Part shown: positions 29,412-39,186 of the stretch, one piece after another
Layout of the letters: each line of letters starts with the position of its first letter
How positions within the stretch are numbered: position 1 is the stretch's first letter
NCBI GenBank assembly: GCA_040384265.1
Contig: JAZKJM010000005.1
Span: 51,166-115,165 of the forward strand
DNA: 64,000 nucleotides
From: Pseudomonadota bacterium
GTDB lineage: Bacteria; Pseudomonadota; Alphaproteobacteria; Rickettsiales; UBA3002
Reading direction: 5' to 3'
Program-made: the position numbers and the translations under genes
Notes under the pieces: generated by a model
The model's input: the letters and a program-made list of their open reading frames with translations, nothing else
Database searches by the model: none
What the model was told of the DNA's origin: nothing

Positions 29412-29795
29412 TTATTTAGCTCTGCCCAGCTTGGCTGCCGTACATGTCTGATAATTCTGCATGACCGCTTCACCGACTTGCCAGCTCGCGCCATCATATT
29501 GTGCGCCCGCCAGCGCCTGCCCACAGCCTTGGATGGCAGCCATACAGGCTGAATATTCTTTGCCTTTATTCGTAGCGGGATTTTTACAGACACTGTCATT
29601 TTGCAATTGAATCGCTTGCCCCAACGTTGGATGGGAAACAACAGGCTGAGAAGGGTATGGGTAATATGTCCCCGGATGGCTTGGAGCCGCTGCCGGCGCT
29701 GGCGGGGTTACCGCTGGTTGATTTTGCTGCATCAGTCGATCAAGATTCGCACGCGACCTCTCCATCATCTCTCGTGCATTGGGGCGGTCAGTCAT
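29412..29795 (-). CDS. small Cys-containing hypothetical protein (paralogue 1)
   Basis: 127-aa ORF in a visibly AT-richer islet. C-terminal pattern C-x13-C-x6-C-x27-C is shared with the next ORF. Confidence 0.5.
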   Translation of the reverse strand: MTDRPNAREMMERSRANLDRLMQQNQPAVTPPAPAAAPSHPGTYYPYPSQPVVSHPTLGQAIQLQNDSVCKNPATNKGKEYSACMAAIQGCGQALAGAQYDGASWQVGEAVMQNYQTCTAAKLGRAK

Positions 29796-29931
29796 CGGGG
29801 CTTCCTTTCAATAGAATAAATGTAGCCCAACAATAACATACCCACGTGCCGCATGTATGACAGTTTGATGAAAATTCAGCCGCAGCCAGCGGCTCGGCGA
29901 GAACAAAAAATACTATTGAATTATAAAATAA

Positions 29932-30228
29932 TTATGGTGTTTTTACACCCGCATCGCGGCGGACGCAGCTCATGGCCGTTGCCAGCGGCGCTTCATCGGC
30001 GCCCCAGCCTTTGGCATCCAACGTTGCCACTTTCATTAAGGCATCGACACAGGGCTTCGCCGCAGCTACGCAGGCTGCCAGCTTCTTATCACTACTTTCG
30101 CAGGTCTGGCTCACCTGCTCATGCGCCATATCCGCCCGTCGCGCATCCAGCAGGGGCGACGCCGTACCTTTACGAATTCCCGTTTTATCCACCATTGCGC
30201 ACTCCTGCGTAAACGTTCTTTCGGCCAT
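29932..30228 (-). CDS. small Cys-containing hypothetical protein (paralogue 2)
   Basis: 98-aa ORF with C-x9-C-x6-C-x28-C, including AACVAAAKPC..AL...D..GW, which parallels SACMAAIQGC..AL...D..SW in paralogue 1. Confidence 0.5.
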   Translation of the reverse strand: MAERTFTQECAMVDKTGIRKGTASPLLDARRADMAHEQVSQTCESSDKKLAACVAAAKPCVDALMKVATLDAKGWGADEAPLATAMSCVRRDAGVKTP

Positions 30229-30326
30229 TATACCCCCCGACCGGTTAAAATAGCCTTAACCGAATTTCGTGTGACAGCAGCCCCAAACATCCGCTATGAT
30301 GGGGCAACCCATAACGCTGGTATCCC

Positions 30327-31604
30327 TTGTCTTCCAATCCCTTAGATTCGCACTCCCCCGCATGGCTGACGCAAGGCTGGCCGCATATCTGGCTGCCCTA
30401 CACCCAGATGCAAACCGCGCCGCTGCCCGAAGCAGTGGTCAGCGCCAGCGGCTGCACGCTGACGCTGGCAGATGGGCGCACCCTCATCGATGGCACCGCC
30501 AGCTGGTGGAGCATGTGCCACGGCTATCAGCAGCCGCATATTGTTGAAGCGATTACCAAACAGGCGCAAACGCTCAGCCATGTCATGTTCGGCGGGTTGG
30601 CGCACGAGCCCGCTTTCACCCTCGCCGCGCGGCTGTGCCGCACCGTTGGCATGGGCATGGAGCGGGTGTTTTTCGCTGAGTCCGGCTCGGTGGCGGTTGA
30701 GGTGGCGCTCAAAATGGCGCTCCAATACTGGCGCAACAAGGGCGACACGAAACGCACCAAATTCATCTGCCTGAGCAACGGCTATCACGGCGACACGGTC
30801 GGCGCGATGTCGGTTTCCGCGCGCAGCCCCTTCAACAGCGCCTATGACAGCTTGAGCCTGCGCAACTACACGCTGGATATTCCCACGGATGAATACAGCT
30901 TCGCCGAATTTGCCGATACCATCCGCGCCATTCAGGGCACGGTTGCCGCGCTCATCATCGAGCCGCTGGTGCAGGCGGCGGGCGGCTTCCGCTTTCACTC
31001 GCCCGATATTCTCTCGGAAATCCGCCGCGTCTGCCGCGAGCATGGCATCCTCTTCATTGCCGATGAAATCGCGACCGGCTTCGCACGCACCGGCGCTATG
31101 TTCGCCTGTCAGGAAGCGGCGATTGAGCCCGACATTATCTGCATCGGCAAGGCCCTCAGCGGTGGCCATATGCCGCTTGCGGCAACGCTTGCCAGCGCCG
31201 AAGTGTTCGATGCGTTCAATAGCCCCGATTACGAAAAAGCGCTGATGCACGGCCCCACCTTCATGGCCCACCCGATTGCCTGCGCCGCCGCCAACGCCTC
31301 GCTCGACCTGTTCGCCAGCGAGCCGCGTCTTGCCCAAGCAGAGGCGCTGGAGCAAGCGCTGTGGGATGGTTTACGCCCGTTCAAAGCCCATGCGGAGGTG
31401 ATCGATGTGCGCGTCAAAGGCGCGATCGGCGTCATCGAAATGAATTCGGATGCGGAGAACAACCAGCGCCTGCGTCAGGCATTCATTGCGCAGGGCGTCT
31501 GGCTACGCCCCTTCGGCAATGCGCTCTATGTGATGCCTGCGCTGACGATTACGCAGGCGGAGCTGGAAACCATTTTCAGCGCGATCCGGTCGGTTTTAAA
31601 ATAA
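30327..31604 (+). CDS. bioA: adenosylmethionine--8-amino-7-oxononanoate transaminase
   Basis: 425-aa class-III aminotransferase with HIWLPYTQMQ near the N-terminus and the DEIATGFARTG motif. Confidence 0.9.
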   Translation: MSSNPLDSHSPAWLTQGWPHIWLPYTQMQTAPLPEAVVSASGCTLTLADGRTLIDGTASWWSMCHGYQQPHIVEAITKQAQTLSHVMFGGLAHEPAFTLAARLCRTVGMGMERVFFAESGSVAVEVALKMALQYWRNKGDTKRTKFICLSNGYHGDTVGAMSVSARSPFNSAYDSLSLRNYTLDIPTDEYSFAEFADTIRAIQGTVAALIIEPLVQAAGGFRFHSPDILSEIRRVCREHGILFIADEIATGFARTGAMFACQEAAIEPDIICIGKALSGGHMPLAATLASAEVFDAFNSPDYEKALMHGPTFMAHPIACAAANASLDLFASEPRLAQAEALEQALWDGLRPFKAHAEVIDVRVKGAIGVIEMNSDAENNQRLRQAFIAQGVWLRPFGNALYVMPALTITQAELETIFSAIRSVLK

Positions 31605-31642
31605 CGAACCCATTCATCTAAGGCACCCAAGCTACCCACACC

Positions 31643-31739
31643 GTCATTGCGAGCGATAGCCACGGCAATCCAGCCTCTAAGGATATACTAGCGACGCAGA
31701 CGCGTCGCGCTGGATTGCTTCGCTATCGCTCGCAATGAC
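31643..31739. repeat. nested-palindrome element (copy e, TTGCGAG subtype)
   Basis: gtcattgcgagcgatagccacggcaatccagcc...gctggattgcttcgctatcgctcgcaatgac. Confidence 0.85.
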
Positions 31740-31757
31740 GGTGTAGCGAAGACTACT

Positions 31758-33575
31758 CTATTTGCCCAACTGCCCGATATACCCATCGATCACATCAAGC
31801 CCCGCCTGCCAGAAATCCGGCTTGCTGGCATCCAGCCCGAAGGGCTTGAGCAGCGCTTTGTGGCGCAGCGTGCCGCCGGCTTTCAGCATGGTCAGGTATT
31901 TCTTGGTGAAGGCATCCGCCCGCCCGGCTTTTTTCTCTTTGAGATAGACGCCGTAGAGCGAGTTCACGAGGCAATCGCCGAACGCGTAAGCATACACATA
32001 AAACGGCGAGTGGATGAAATGCGGGATATACATCCAGTAGCTCTGGTATTCCGGATGCAGGGTGATCGCGGGCCCAAGCGCCTCACGCTGCACATCCATC
32101 CAGATTTCGCCGATGCGCTCGACCGACAGCTCGCCGAAGCGGCGCTCGTCATGTACCTTGCGCTCGAACTCGCAGAACGCAATCTGGCGCACCACGGTGT
32201 TGAGCATATCCTCGATCTTGGCGGCGATGAGCAGCGTTTTGCGCTTCTTATCCGTCTCGCGGTTGAGCAATTCCTGGAAGGTCAGCATTTCGCCGAATAC
32301 GGAAGCCGTTTCCGCCAACGTCAGCGGCGTATCCGCCATCAGCGCGCCCTGGCTGCCAGAGAGCACTTGATGCACGCCGTGGCCCAGCTCATGCGCCAGC
32401 GTCATCACATCGCGCGTTTTGCCAAGGAAGTTCAGCAGCAAATAGGGATGCGCCGAGGGCACTACCGGATGCGCAAACGCGCCGGTCGCCTTGCCCGCGC
32501 GGGTCGGCACGTCGATCCAGTTATTGTCGAAGAATTTCTGGCCGACTTTCGCCAGCTCCGGCGAAAAGGCATGGTAGGCCTCGCGCACCAGCTTCACTGC
32601 TTCATCCCAGGTGAAGGCGGTGTCGCCCGCGGCGGGCAACGGCGCATTACGGTCCCAGTAATCCAGCGTTTTTTTGCCAAATTGTTTTGCTTTCCACGCA
32701 TAATAGCGGTGGGCGAGCGGCTTGTAATTTTTCTTCACGGTGGCGATGAGCGCATCCACCACTTCGTCTTCCACCTGATTGCTCACGTTGCGGCTGCTGA
32801 TGGGACGTGCGAAATTGCGTTTCTCATCCTCGATATGCTTGGCTTTGGCGAGCGTGTTGGTGATGAGCGCAAATAGCGGCGCATTGGCCGCAAACACGCG
32901 CGCGACTTCCTTGGCGGCGGCCTTGCGCTTTTTCGGGTCTTTGCCTGAAAGCAGGTCGAGCGCTTCCGGCTCGGTCATTTTCACGCCGTCCACGGTAAAT
33001 TCCAACCGCGAAATCGACTCATCGAACAGCCGCTGCCACGAGCCCATCGTCACCGATGTTTCGTGGATATAGCCTTCGAGCTCATCGCTCAATTGATAGG
33101 GCTTGTAGCTGCGAATACCATCCAGCCACGGCTTATAATGCGCCAGTTTGGGCGATTTCTTCAGCATCGCGGCCAGCGGTTTATCGTCGATCTTATTCAG
33201 CTCCAGCGTGAAGAAAATCAGCTGCGAGGACAACACCGTCAGCTGCTCCACCATGTTCTGGTAGAACTGCGTCACCGCCGGATTGGCCATATCGCCAGCA
33301 TAAAGCAGCTGGGCATAGCTACCCAGTTTACCCAGCGTATCCTGCATTTTTTCGTAAGCGACAATGGCCGCCGCCAGCGCATCACCATCGAGCTTCGCCA
33401 GCTTGCCGGCATATTGCTTGGCGAAAGCTGCCGTTTTGCTGGTGAGGGATTTTACATCCGCTACCAACTTCGCATCCTTGGGCGAAGCATAGAGGTCGCT
33501 TAAATCCCACACCGGCAGCACCGGCTTTTTGACGGATTTTTTGACAGGCTTTTTCGCCACCGGTTTCTTTGCCAT
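31758..33575 (-). CDS. pepF: M3-family oligoendopeptidase (PepF type) with a Lys-rich N-terminal tail
   Basis: HELGHGVH zinc motif. Start at ATG 33575 gives MAKKPVAKKPVKKSVKKPVLPVWDLSDLY. Confidence 0.85.
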   Translation of the reverse strand: MAKKPVAKKPVKKSVKKPVLPVWDLSDLYASPKDAKLVADVKSLTSKTAAFAKQYAGKLAKLDGDALAAAIVAYEKMQDTLGKLGSYAQLLYAGDMANPAVTQFYQNMVEQLTVLSSQLIFFTLELNKIDDKPLAAMLKKSPKLAHYKPWLDGIRSYKPYQLSDELEGYIHETSVTMGSWQRLFDESISRLEFTVDGVKMTEPEALDLLSGKDPKKRKAAAKEVARVFAANAPLFALITNTLAKAKHIEDEKRNFARPISSRNVSNQVEDEVVDALIATVKKNYKPLAHRYYAWKAKQFGKKTLDYWDRNAPLPAAGDTAFTWDEAVKLVREAYHAFSPELAKVGQKFFDNNWIDVPTRAGKATGAFAHPVVPSAHPYLLLNFLGKTRDVMTLAHELGHGVHQVLSGSQGALMADTPLTLAETASVFGEMLTFQELLNRETDKKRKTLLIAAKIEDMLNTVVRQIAFCEFERKVHDERRFGELSVERIGEIWMDVQREALGPAITLHPEYQSYWMYIPHFIHSPFYVYAYAFGDCLVNSLYGVYLKEKKAGRADAFTKKYLTMLKAGGTLRHKALLKPFGLDASKPDFWQAGLDVIDGYIGQLGK

Positions 33576-33576
33576 G

Positions 33577-35052
33577 TTAGCCTCGCACGCCGTGGTCAGG
33601 CACCGCAATCGGCGCCGCTTTTGGCTTATCGGCAGCGGGCAGTTGCGGCACCAGCGGCGCTTGCCCGGCTGGTGGTGTCACCGTCGCACCTTCAGGCACC
33701 ACGATGGTTGGCGCGGCCCCCGCCTTGTTCTGCATCGCCTGTTTCAGGAACACAGCGAACAGCTCCTCAAACGTCGTTTGGCCGATTTTGAAGGCACCAC
33801 CGCGAGCACGCTCGATCGGGATCGTCGCATCCTTCAACTGGTCGAGCGGTGTCGCCGTCACCAGTTGCAGCACCGTGCCCATCAGCGCCGTGTTGGCCTC
33901 GTTCAGCACCCCTTGTTTATGCAGCTCGGCCAGCACATACGGCGTGTTGGTGAGGGTGATCGTCGCCTTGCCGACCGGCAACACATCCGCTGCGCTTGCC
34001 GTGAAATCGGCGGTCGCGCTCAGGCTGGCGTCCTTGGTGGTCAGGCTAAACATCTTCAGCTTCAGCAGCGATTCCTGCGCTTTGCTTGCGGCAATCGCTT
34101 CAGGCGTTTTCGGCAGGGTGCCTTCATAGGTCGCATCCAGCTGCAGCGTTACCGGCAGATACGGTGCGGCGGTGTTATCCGACGTCACCGGCCCAACTTT
34201 GCTGGTCATGCTGATGACGTTGAGCTTCTGCTCGTTGAGCGCATTGCTCCAATCCGCCGTTACTTCGGCGATTTTGATGGCGCCCTCGGGTGCCGCTTGC
34301 GGCGTAATCACCAGATCTTTGAAGTTGATGTTGGCTTTGCCCAGGCCGCTGGCGTCGCCCGCCATGCTGCTGCTCATGCCGCTGCCTTGCGCAGTGGCGA
34401 TGTGCAACGTGTCATAGACCGGCACCAGCGAGGGCGTTTTTTCTTCCTCACCCTTGGCCTGCTCCTCACGCAGATAGACAAAATCCATCTGGCTTGGCGA
34501 TTCATAGGCCACGTCCGTGTACTCCACATTCTCCTTGGTGGTTTTGCTGACATCGAACTGCAGCGGCACGTTGCTGGTCACTTTCAGCAGCGATTTTTCA
34601 GGTGCTTCTTCCGCCGCCACGTTGATCGGCTCGGCCAGCTGAATGCGCAGGCTCGACAGATCGACCGCGCGCGGATAAATCGCCAGCGTCGGCGTCGTCA
34701 CCACCACCGCATCAATCTTCTTCTGGGCACCCGGCACTGCCGGTTTGCGCTCGATCGGCTTCACCGCCATCGCCGGGTTGTGGATCACAACATGCTTGGA
34801 TGCAAAACTGCCGACCACTTCAAGATCGCCATAGGTAATGTCGATATCACGCCCTTGCGCGCGGCCACGCTCTTTCATCTGCACGATGAAGTTATCGACC
34901 TGCTGTTTCACCAGCGCCTTATCCAGCCCGGCGCGCGAGGCGACGAAGCCCCCAACCGCGATGACCACAATAAGCGCGGCGACAGGCAGCACCAGCCCAC
35001 GTTTTTTCTTCGGTGCGGGAATCGGCGCGTCGGTGAAGGATTCGTCGGTCAT
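33577..35052 (-). CDS. hypothetical membrane-anchored protein
   Basis: 491 aa with one N-terminal TM segment (GLVLPVAALIVVIAVGGFVA). One-nt gap to the pepF start. Possibly DUF2125-related, at low certainty. Confidence 0.55.
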   Translation of the reverse strand: MTDESFTDAPIPAPKKKRGLVLPVAALIVVIAVGGFVASRAGLDKALVKQQVDNFIVQMKERGRAQGRDIDITYGDLEVVGSFASKHVVIHNPAMAVKPIERKPAVPGAQKKIDAVVVTTPTLAIYPRAVDLSSLRIQLAEPINVAAEEAPEKSLLKVTSNVPLQFDVSKTTKENVEYTDVAYESPSQMDFVYLREEQAKGEEEKTPSLVPVYDTLHIATAQGSGMSSSMAGDASGLGKANINFKDLVITPQAAPEGAIKIAEVTADWSNALNEQKLNVISMTSKVGPVTSDNTAAPYLPVTLQLDATYEGTLPKTPEAIAASKAQESLLKLKMFSLTTKDASLSATADFTASAADVLPVGKATITLTNTPYVLAELHKQGVLNEANTALMGTVLQLVTATPLDQLKDATIPIERARGGAFKIGQTTFEELFAVFLKQAMQNKAGAAPTIVVPEGATVTPPAGQAPLVPQLPAADKPKAAPIAVPDHGVRG

Positions 35053-35074
35053 GGTGCTCTCTCTAAGCTTGAGG

Positions 35075-35413
35075 TTATTTTTTATCGACTTGCATATTGC
35101 GGGTGGCCGATGGCAGGCTGACTTTCAGCCCGTCGAGGCTATCGTTCATCATGATCTGGCAGCCCAACCGCGAGGTGTGGGTGAGGCCGAATGCGAGGTC
35201 GAGCATGTCTTCCTCATCATCGGTCGCTTTGGGCAGCTGGGCGTAAAACGCTTCATCCACCACAATGTGGCAGGTCGAGCAGGCGAGCGATCCCTCGCAC
35301 GCGCCTTCCAGCGGGATATGATTTTTATGCGCCACTTCCAGCAGCGAAATGCCGTTGGGCGCTTCCACCGTTTTCTCGGTTCCGTCATTCAATACAAAGG
35401 TAATGTTGGGCAT
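35075..35413 (-). CDS. fdx: [2Fe-2S] ferredoxin, adrenodoxin/ISC type
   Basis: 112 aa with [11 protein letters not shown] plus a distal Cys (LGCQI). Follows hscA. Confidence 0.9.
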   Translation of the reverse strand: MPNITFVLNDGTEKTVEAPNGISLLEVAHKNHIPLEGACEGSLACSTCHIVVDEAFYAQLPKATDDEEDMLDLAFGLTHTSRLGCQIMMNDSLDGLKVSLPSATRNMQVDKK

Positions 35414-35430
35414 ATCGACTCTTCTTAAGG

Positions 35431-37281
35431 TTAATTCACTTCATCCACGTTCTTGCCCGACAGCGCGCCGGAAATGGCTGCATCCATCCGCCGCTGGGCG
35501 AATGGCCCAACCAGCGCGTTGAGTGCCTGCGCTTCATGGTCGATCCGCTCGCGGTTATCGCCCGCGATCATCTCGTCCAGCCGCCGGATCTGGGCGTCGA
35601 TCATCGCGCCCTCGCCCGGTTTCAGCAGGTCCGCATCCGCGCGAATCGCCGATGTTACATCGCCGATCACCCGCCGTGCATCCACCCGCGCCTCGATGAG
35701 CAACCGCTCGACAATATCGCTGCGCGCATGTTCCATGCTGTCGCTCACCATACGTTCGATTTCCTCGAAGGCAAGGCCATACGACGGTTTCACCGCCACC
35801 TGCTGCGCGATCCCGCTGACTAGTTCTTTTGCGGCCACAGTCAGCAGCCCATCCGCATCGATCGCGAAGCTGACGCTGATGCGCGCGGCACCCGCCACCA
35901 TCGGTGGAATGCCAGTCAGCGTGAACTGCGCCAGCGAGCGGCAATCTTCCGCTTTTTCGCGCTCACCCTGCACCACGTGGATTTTCATCGCCGTCTGGCC
36001 ATCCTGGTAGGTGGTGAATTCCTGCGTCACCGCCGCCGGGATCGGCGTGTTGCGGTAAATCAGTTTTTCGATAATGCCGCCCATGGTTTCAAGGCCGAGG
36101 GAAAGCGGAATCACATCCAGCAGCAGGTTATCGGAACCCGCCGTCAGCGCCTCCGCCTGCAAGGCCGCGCCAAGGGCGACGACCAGATCCGGGTCAAGCG
36201 TATCGTGCGGCGTGGTGCCGAAAAACGCGGCGACTTTTTGCTTCACCAGCGGCATGCGGGTCGAGCCGCCGACCAGCACCACACCGGCGATGGCATGCGG
36301 CGTCAGTTTCGCATCCAGTAGCGCGCCTTCGCAGCAGGCCAGCGTGCGGGCGATCAGCGGCTCCATCAAGCGTTCCAGCGTCTGCACATCCATCGCGAGA
36401 TGCGTACCTTCCCACACCAGCTCGGTGGTCGGCGCGGCGCTCAGTTTTTCTTTGGCAAGGCGGCAGAGCGCCAGCAATTCACCCAGCGCTGCCGGGCTGA
36501 GCGATTCCTTTTTCGTGCCTGCTTTTTCCAGCATCCGCGCGGCGATGAGCTGGTCGATATCATCCCCGCCCAGCTGCGTGTCGCCTGCGGTTGCGAGCAC
36601 CTGAAACACCCCGCCCTCAAGGTTGAGGATCGAAATATCGAACGTGCCGCCGCCGAAATCATAAATCGCGAAAATGCCCTGCGCCTGCGTGTCGAGGCCA
36701 TAGGCCAGCGCCGCCGCGGTTGGCTCGTTGATGAGCCGCAGCACTTCCAGCCCCGCCAGCCGTGCCGCATCCTTGGTCGCTGCGCGGGCGGCATCGTCAA
36801 AATAGGCCGGTACGGTGATGACGGCGCGCGTCACCTCGCGCCCCAGCGCATCCGCCGCGAGGTCGCGCAGATGCTTGAGGATTTCCGCCGAAATTTCTAC
36901 CGGCGTCACCCGCCGCCCATCCACGTTCAGCCGTACTAAGCCGGGCTGGCTATGGTCGATGTCATACGCCGCATGGCCCGCCACCATGCCAATATCCGCC
37001 GCCGATTTGCCCATCAGCCGCTTGATGGAGGCGATCACCCCCACCTCGCCTTCGCCATAGGCGCGGCGCGCCTCATGGCCCACCACCGCGCTGCCCGCAT
37101 GGTAATGCACCATCGAGGGAATAATCGCCCGCCCGTGGCCGTCATGGATCGCCGCCGCGTGGCCATTGCTCGAAATTGCCACCACGCTGTGCGTCGTGCC
37201 AAGGTCAATGCCAATCGCCGCCGCGTCGGAATGCGGCAGCGGCGTCTGGCCGGGTTCGTAAATTTGAATCAGGTTAGCCAT
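35431..37281 (-). CDS. hscA: Fe-S cluster assembly chaperone HscA (Hsp70 family)
   Basis: 616 aa with [13 protein letters not shown] and [10 protein letters not shown] motifs. Paired with hscB and fdx. Confidence 0.9.
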   Translation of the reverse strand: MANLIQIYEPGQTPLPHSDAAAIGIDLGTTHSVVAISSNGHAAAIHDGHGRAIIPSMVHYHAGSAVVGHEARRAYGEGEVGVIASIKRLMGKSAADIGMVAGHAAYDIDHSQPGLVRLNVDGRRVTPVEISAEILKHLRDLAADALGREVTRAVITVPAYFDDAARAATKDAARLAGLEVLRLINEPTAAALAYGLDTQAQGIFAIYDFGGGTFDISILNLEGGVFQVLATAGDTQLGGDDIDQLIAARMLEKAGTKKESLSPAALGELLALCRLAKEKLSAAPTTELVWEGTHLAMDVQTLERLMEPLIARTLACCEGALLDAKLTPHAIAGVVLVGGSTRMPLVKQKVAAFFGTTPHDTLDPDLVVALGAALQAEALTAGSDNLLLDVIPLSLGLETMGGIIEKLIYRNTPIPAAVTQEFTTYQDGQTAMKIHVVQGEREKAEDCRSLAQFTLTGIPPMVAGAARISVSFAIDADGLLTVAAKELVSGIAQQVAVKPSYGLAFEEIERMVSDSMEHARSDIVERLLIEARVDARRVIGDVTSAIRADADLLKPGEGAMIDAQIRRLDEMIAGDNRERIDHEAQALNALVGPFAQRRMDAAISGALSGKNVDEVN

Positions 37282-37789
37282 GGGATGCCTTCAACCGGTA
37301 AATGAGCATATGCGCCTCTTCCATCGCCTTGCCGAGATATTGCAGGCGGATGGTTTCAAGTGTCGCGCGGGCGTAATCGGCGGCGGTGAAGGCCTCCGTC
37401 AGCGCCACGGTGTTTTGCGCCGCGAGGGTTTTGATTTCTTCGACCATCTGCGCCAGCGCTGCACCATCGGCGCCATGGTCAAAAATCCGCTCACGCAGAT
37501 CCATCATTTCTTCGAGCACAGCGGGCGGCGCGCGCCCATCATCAGCCAGCGCGGCGATGCCTTGCAGCTCCAGCAAATGCTCGGCGCGGGTCAGCGGGTT
37601 TTTAAGCGTTTCATACGCATCGTTCACCAGCTGCGAACGGCCGATGGCCGCCACCCGCTGCGCTTCCGGCTTGCCGACAAAGCGGTCCGGATGCGTCGCC
37701 CGCTGCGCGGCGAAATAGGCCTGCTCCAGCGTTTTCAGGTTCAGCGTGAAGCTGGGCGCGAGACCGAGAATGTCGAATAAACTCTGCAT
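37274..37789 (-). CDS. hscB: Fe-S cluster co-chaperone HscB
   Basis: 171 aa with a J-domain HPDRF motif. 8-nt overlap with hscA. Confidence 0.85.
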   Translation of the reverse strand: MQSLFDILGLAPSFTLNLKTLEQAYFAAQRATHPDRFVGKPEAQRVAAIGRSQLVNDAYETLKNPLTRAEHLLELQGIAALADDGRAPPAVLEEMMDLRERIFDHGADGAALAQMVEEIKTLAAQNTVALTEAFTAADYARATLETIRLQYLGKAMEEAHMLIYRLKASHG

Positions 37790-37831
37790 GCGCGCGTAAT
37801 TACGGCAGTTTGGCCGCCATGTCCACGGCGA

Positions 37832-38392
37832 TTACGCCATCACCGGCGATGGCGCGTCCTTATCCGAATAGAGCGGATAGGTCGCCCGCGCGTTGAACAG
37901 CTGGTAGTGCCACCATTCGTTGCGGTAAAAATCCCAGCCGGCGCTGGTCATGATGCCCATCAGCAGCAGGCGGTTGCGCTGCGCTTGCGCGTTCACATCC
38001 AGCCGCCCATGGTGCGAGCGCGGGTGAAATTCATCGAACGCCGTGCCCATATCGAGCGGCGTAAAATCCCAGCGGCAGAGCGTTAAATCCACCGCTGCGC
38101 CGCGCGAATGCGGCGAGCCTTTGGCAGGGTCGGCAAGAAAATTCGGGTCGGGCGTGTGTTCCCACAGCTTCCACTGCGCTTCGCTCGGGCGGAATGCATC
38201 GTAAATCGTAAAGCGGTAGCCCTGCGTTTTCGCGAGCGCCACTGCGGTTTGTAGCTTGGCCGCTGCTTCCACATGCAAAAAGCACCCTGCATCTTTGCGG
38301 TAGACCCGCTTGCCGGTAAAATTATCCGTCGTCGCGTATTTCAGCTCGATCCGCACATCGTGCGAGGCGGGGGTGATTTCAACCAACGACAC
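37832..38392 (-). CDS. ddpX: D-alanyl-D-alanine dipeptidase (M15D, VanX/DdpX type)
   Basis: IELKYATTDNFTG, SPHSRGAAVDLTL and EWWHY motifs. Start uncertain (GTG 38392 or TTG 38386). The ORF is open to 38494 but would then overlap olsA by 115 nt. Confidence 0.75.
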   Translation of the reverse strand: MSLVEITPASHDVRIELKYATTDNFTGKRVYRKDAGCFLHVEAAAKLQTAVALAKTQGYRFTIYDAFRPSEAQWKLWEHTPDPNFLADPAKGSPHSRGAAVDLTLCRWDFTPLDMGTAFDEFHPRSHHGRLDVNAQAQRNRLLLMGIMTSAGWDFYRNEWWHYQLFNARATYPLYSDKDAPSPVMA

Positions 38393-39182
38393 CGTTTGCC
38401 TCCAGCGTTTTGTGCAAGCCCTCGGTGATGGTGATTTCACAGGTTTTGGCCAGCGCCTTGCGATCCTCGTGGTTGCTGATGCGCTCCACCGCATAAAACT
38501 CGGCGATCACTTCTACATAGGGGAATTTCAGCAGCCGCGCAAAATGCGTCACAAAGCTCGCCTCACCCACCCAGGCCACCTGCTCGCGGTTTGCCGGGCT
38601 GAGCGGCACTTTGCCGATATGGGTATAGGCAATGCTGACCGATTGCAGCGGCAGGTCATGCGCTTCCACAAGATTCAAAAACCCGCTTTTAAACGGCATG
38701 ATATGGTAGCCATCGCCCGTGGTGCCTTCGGGGAACAGCGCCAACACCTTGCCGTTGCTGAGGCGGGCGCTCATTTCCGCCTGCGCGCGCTGCATATCCG
38801 CCGGGCGGCGCTCGATGAACACGCAATCCGCCAGCACGCAGAAGAAGCCAATCACCGGCCAGCTACGAATCTCCAGCTTCGGTGTAAAGGAAATCGGCAA
38901 AATCGAGCCGAGCACGAAAATATCGAGGTAGCTCGAATGGTTGGCAACCAGCATCAGCGGCCGCAGCGGGCTCACCTGCCCGACCACCTTCACCCGCACG
39001 CCCGAAATGCGCCGCGCGGCGTTATAATAAATGCGCACCAGCTTGGCCCGCAGCCGCTCCAGCGTCAGCGCCCATAGCAGCAGCACCGGCAGGAACAGGA
39101 TCAGCGTGAGCACCAGCAGCCCGATTGCCCGCAACACAGCGCGCGTGGTCGAAAGCGAAAGCGGAGGCGTTACGGAATCCAT
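38379..39182 (-). CDS. olsA: lysophospholipid/lyso-ornithine lipid O-acyltransferase (PlsC family)
   Basis: NHSSYLDI (HX4D) and FPEGTT motifs. Starts at ATG 39182, 4 nt after the olsB stop. Confidence 0.75.
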   Translation of the reverse strand: MDSVTPPLSLSTTRAVLRAIGLLVLTLILFLPVLLLWALTLERLRAKLVRIYYNAARRISGVRVKVVGQVSPLRPLMLVANHSSYLDIFVLGSILPISFTPKLEIRSWPVIGFFCVLADCVFIERRPADMQRAQAEMSARLSNGKVLALFPEGTTGDGYHIMPFKSGFLNLVEAHDLPLQSVSIAYTHIGKVPLSPANREQVAWVGEASFVTHFARLLKFPYVEVIAEFYAVERISNHEDRKALAKTCEITITEGLHKTLEANGVVG

Positions 39183-39186
39183 CGCG

